From contig NC_086097.1 in the NCBI RefSeq assembly GCF_963921235.1, positions 220,102,001-220,166,000 of the forward strand: DNA of 64,000 bases. The letters run 5' to 3'. The notes below the pieces were generated by a model that saw only the letters and a list, made by a program, of their open reading frames with translations, was not told where the DNA came from and searched no databases. The stretch comes from Mobula hypostoma. Lineage: Eukaryota. Made by a program: the position numbers and the translations under genes. Below are positions 62,012-64,000 of the stretch, one piece after another. The stretch's first letter is position 1. Every line of letters starts with the position of its first letter.

Positions 62012-62960
62012 AAGTTAAAGTTCAAGTTTATTGTCATTTCCACTGTATACATGAAGAACTCTGGACCAAGGTGCACAATACTCTTCAGAACATTCACACA
62101 ACAAGAAGAGTAATATTACCACCAATAAATTAACAAATAATAAGATGCACTTACATCACAAGTTAAATACCAAAGTGTATAACACTACTGGAGCTTCATA
62201 CATAGTGATACCTGGGTCGTGGCAGGGAGTTCAAAAGTCTCACAGTCTAGGAGAAGAAGCTGGATCCCATCCTAACAGTCTTTGTCCTAATGCTATGGTA
62301 CCTCCTGCCTATTGGTAGGAGGTCAAAGAGATGGTAGGGATCATTAACAATGCTAAGGGCCTGCATACGCATTGTTCCTGGTAAGGATCTATCTCAGGTG
62401 GGTGGAAGACAGGCCCAAATGATCTTCTCAGCAGTCCTCACCATCCTTTGTAGGGGCTTGAGGTCAGATGCCTTGCAATTCCCATACCACACCAAGATGT
62501 GGCTGGTCAGTACACTCTCAATGATGCTCCTGTAAAAATTGGTTAGACTGGAAGCCTCAGCCTCCTCAGGAAGTGTTGACTCTGTCTAAGGAGGTGGTGC
62601 TGAGGGACCTAGTGAGATCATCCATTCTGTGAACACTCAGAAACTTGGCCTCCTACTTTTCTCCACGGAGGAGCTGTATATGCGCAGTGAGGTGTGGTCA
62701 GCCTACACCTTCCTAAAGTCCACAAACATCTTTCCACATTGTCCTGTCCACACTGAGACACATTGTCGTACTCTCACCATCAGTTCCTTGCTCTTACTGA
62801 CATTGAATAGAAAGTTATTGCTACAACACCACTCAGCCAGTTGATCTATCTCACTCCTGGATCCACCCTCCTGTCCACGTTTCATTAAACTTCCAACCAC
62901 ACAATGATGTGAGCCACAGAATTCTGGTTCACAGGATCCTGCAATCCACCTGCTCTTCAA
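62012..62960 (-). mobile_element. Rex1/Babar fragments
   Basis: RSEIDQLAEWCCSNNFLFNVSKSKELMV; tail is the reverse of ~42770-42995. Confidence 0.75.
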
Positions 62961-63027
62961 TATTCAACCAATATGAGGAATGTAAAGGCAGCACAGTAAT
63001 GTAGCGGTTAGCATAACGTAATTACAG

Positions 63028-63129
63028 TTGTTAAGTTGGATTGGACATTGGCTTTGTTATTTGTTATTAAATTGGATTAGGCATTGGTTTTGATATTTGT
63101 TATTAAATTGGATTGGACATTCGCTTTGT
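63028..63129. repeat. ~36-bp tandem triplication at the 5' junction of a CR1
   Basis: TTGTTATTAAATTGGATT(G/A)G(A/G)CATT(G/C)G(C/T)TTTG repeated about 3 times. Confidence 0.75.
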
Positions 63130-64000
63130 GGGAAAAGCCCAAAAGTGTTAGTAGATGGTTGCCTCTGACTGGAGACCTGTGACTAGTGGTGTACCGCAGG
63201 GATCAGTGATTGATTCATTGCTGCTTGTCATTAACACCAATGATCTGGATGATAATGTGGTTAACTAGATCTGCAAATTTTGGATGACAAGATTGGAGGT
63301 ACAGTGGACAGTGAGGAAGGCTATCTTGGCTTGCATAGGGATCTGCAACAGCTGGAAAAGTGGGTTGAAAAATAGCAGGTGGAATTTAATGCAGACCAGT
63401 GTGAGGTGTTGCATTTCAGTAGGACCAACCAGGTAGGTCTTACACAGTGAAGGAGCGTGGTAGAACAAAGGGATCTGGAAATACAGGTCCATAATTCATT
63501 GAAAATGGAGTCATAGGTAGATAGGGTCATAAATAAAGCTTTTCGCACTTCGGCCTTCATAAATCAATGTATTGAGTACAGGAGTTGGGATGTTATGTTG
63601 AAGTTGTACGAGTTGGTGAGACCTAATTTGGAGTATTGCATGCAAGTTTTAGTCACCTACCTACAGGAAAGACGTAAATAAGACAGAAAGAGTACAGATA
63701 AAATTTACAAGGAGGTTACTGGGTCTGCAGGATCTGAGTTATATGGAACAATTGAATAGGTTAGGACTATATTTGTAGAAGATTGTGAGGAGATTCGATA
63801 GAGGTATACAAAATTATGAGGGGTATAAAAAGCCAAATGCAAGAAGACTTTTTCCACTGAGGTTGGGTGGGACTACAATCAGAGTGATGGGTTAAGGGTG
63901 AAAGGTCAAAAGTTTAGGGGGAAAATGAGGGGAAACCTCTTCACTCAGAACAAGCTGCCAGCACGTGGTGCATGCAAGCTCATTTTCAATGTTTAAGAGA
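63100..64000 (+). mobile_element. CR1 RT C-terminal fragment, runs off the window
   Basis: WRPVTSGVPQGSV; VEFNADQCEVLHF; LVRPNLEYCMQ. Confidence 0.88.

Noticed and set aside
1..64000. Prokaryotic systems (operons, defence islands, retrons, prophage)
   Set aside because: All RT and nuclease ORFs are vertebrate-type transposon fragments; no gene-dense architecture

Overview
Eukaryotic, non-coding, repeat-dominated DNA, not prokaryotic. The repeat complement suggests a cartilaginous fish, probably a ray (inference): CR1, Rex1/Babar, L2, RTE and L1/Tx1 LINEs, Neptune-type Penelope elements, HE1/V-type and other tRNA SINEs, and Tc1, Tigger and hAT DNA transposons. Most likely a large intron or intergenic stretch. 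Every ORF I can assign is a transposon fragment. No host gene could be named; only weak candidate exons were seen. The main signal is a family of minimal type-I hammerhead ribozyme motifs (CUGANGA...GAAA-CG-UC) at Penelope termini, about a dozen copies. Two have intact cores (45038-45075, 54533-54570). One of these sits in a ~96-bp ribozyme-plus-tail insertion with a 13-bp TSD. Several copies are arranged as fold-backs. Also notable: elements closely resembling mammalian Tigger3/MER2 and Tigger4/Zombi, a near-intact IR/DR Tc1 element, several three-level nested insertions, an exact telomeric Tel22 G-quadruplex motif, and a 48-bp minisatellite. Family names come from recalled motifs, not database searches. 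Boundaries of degenerate repeats are approximate.
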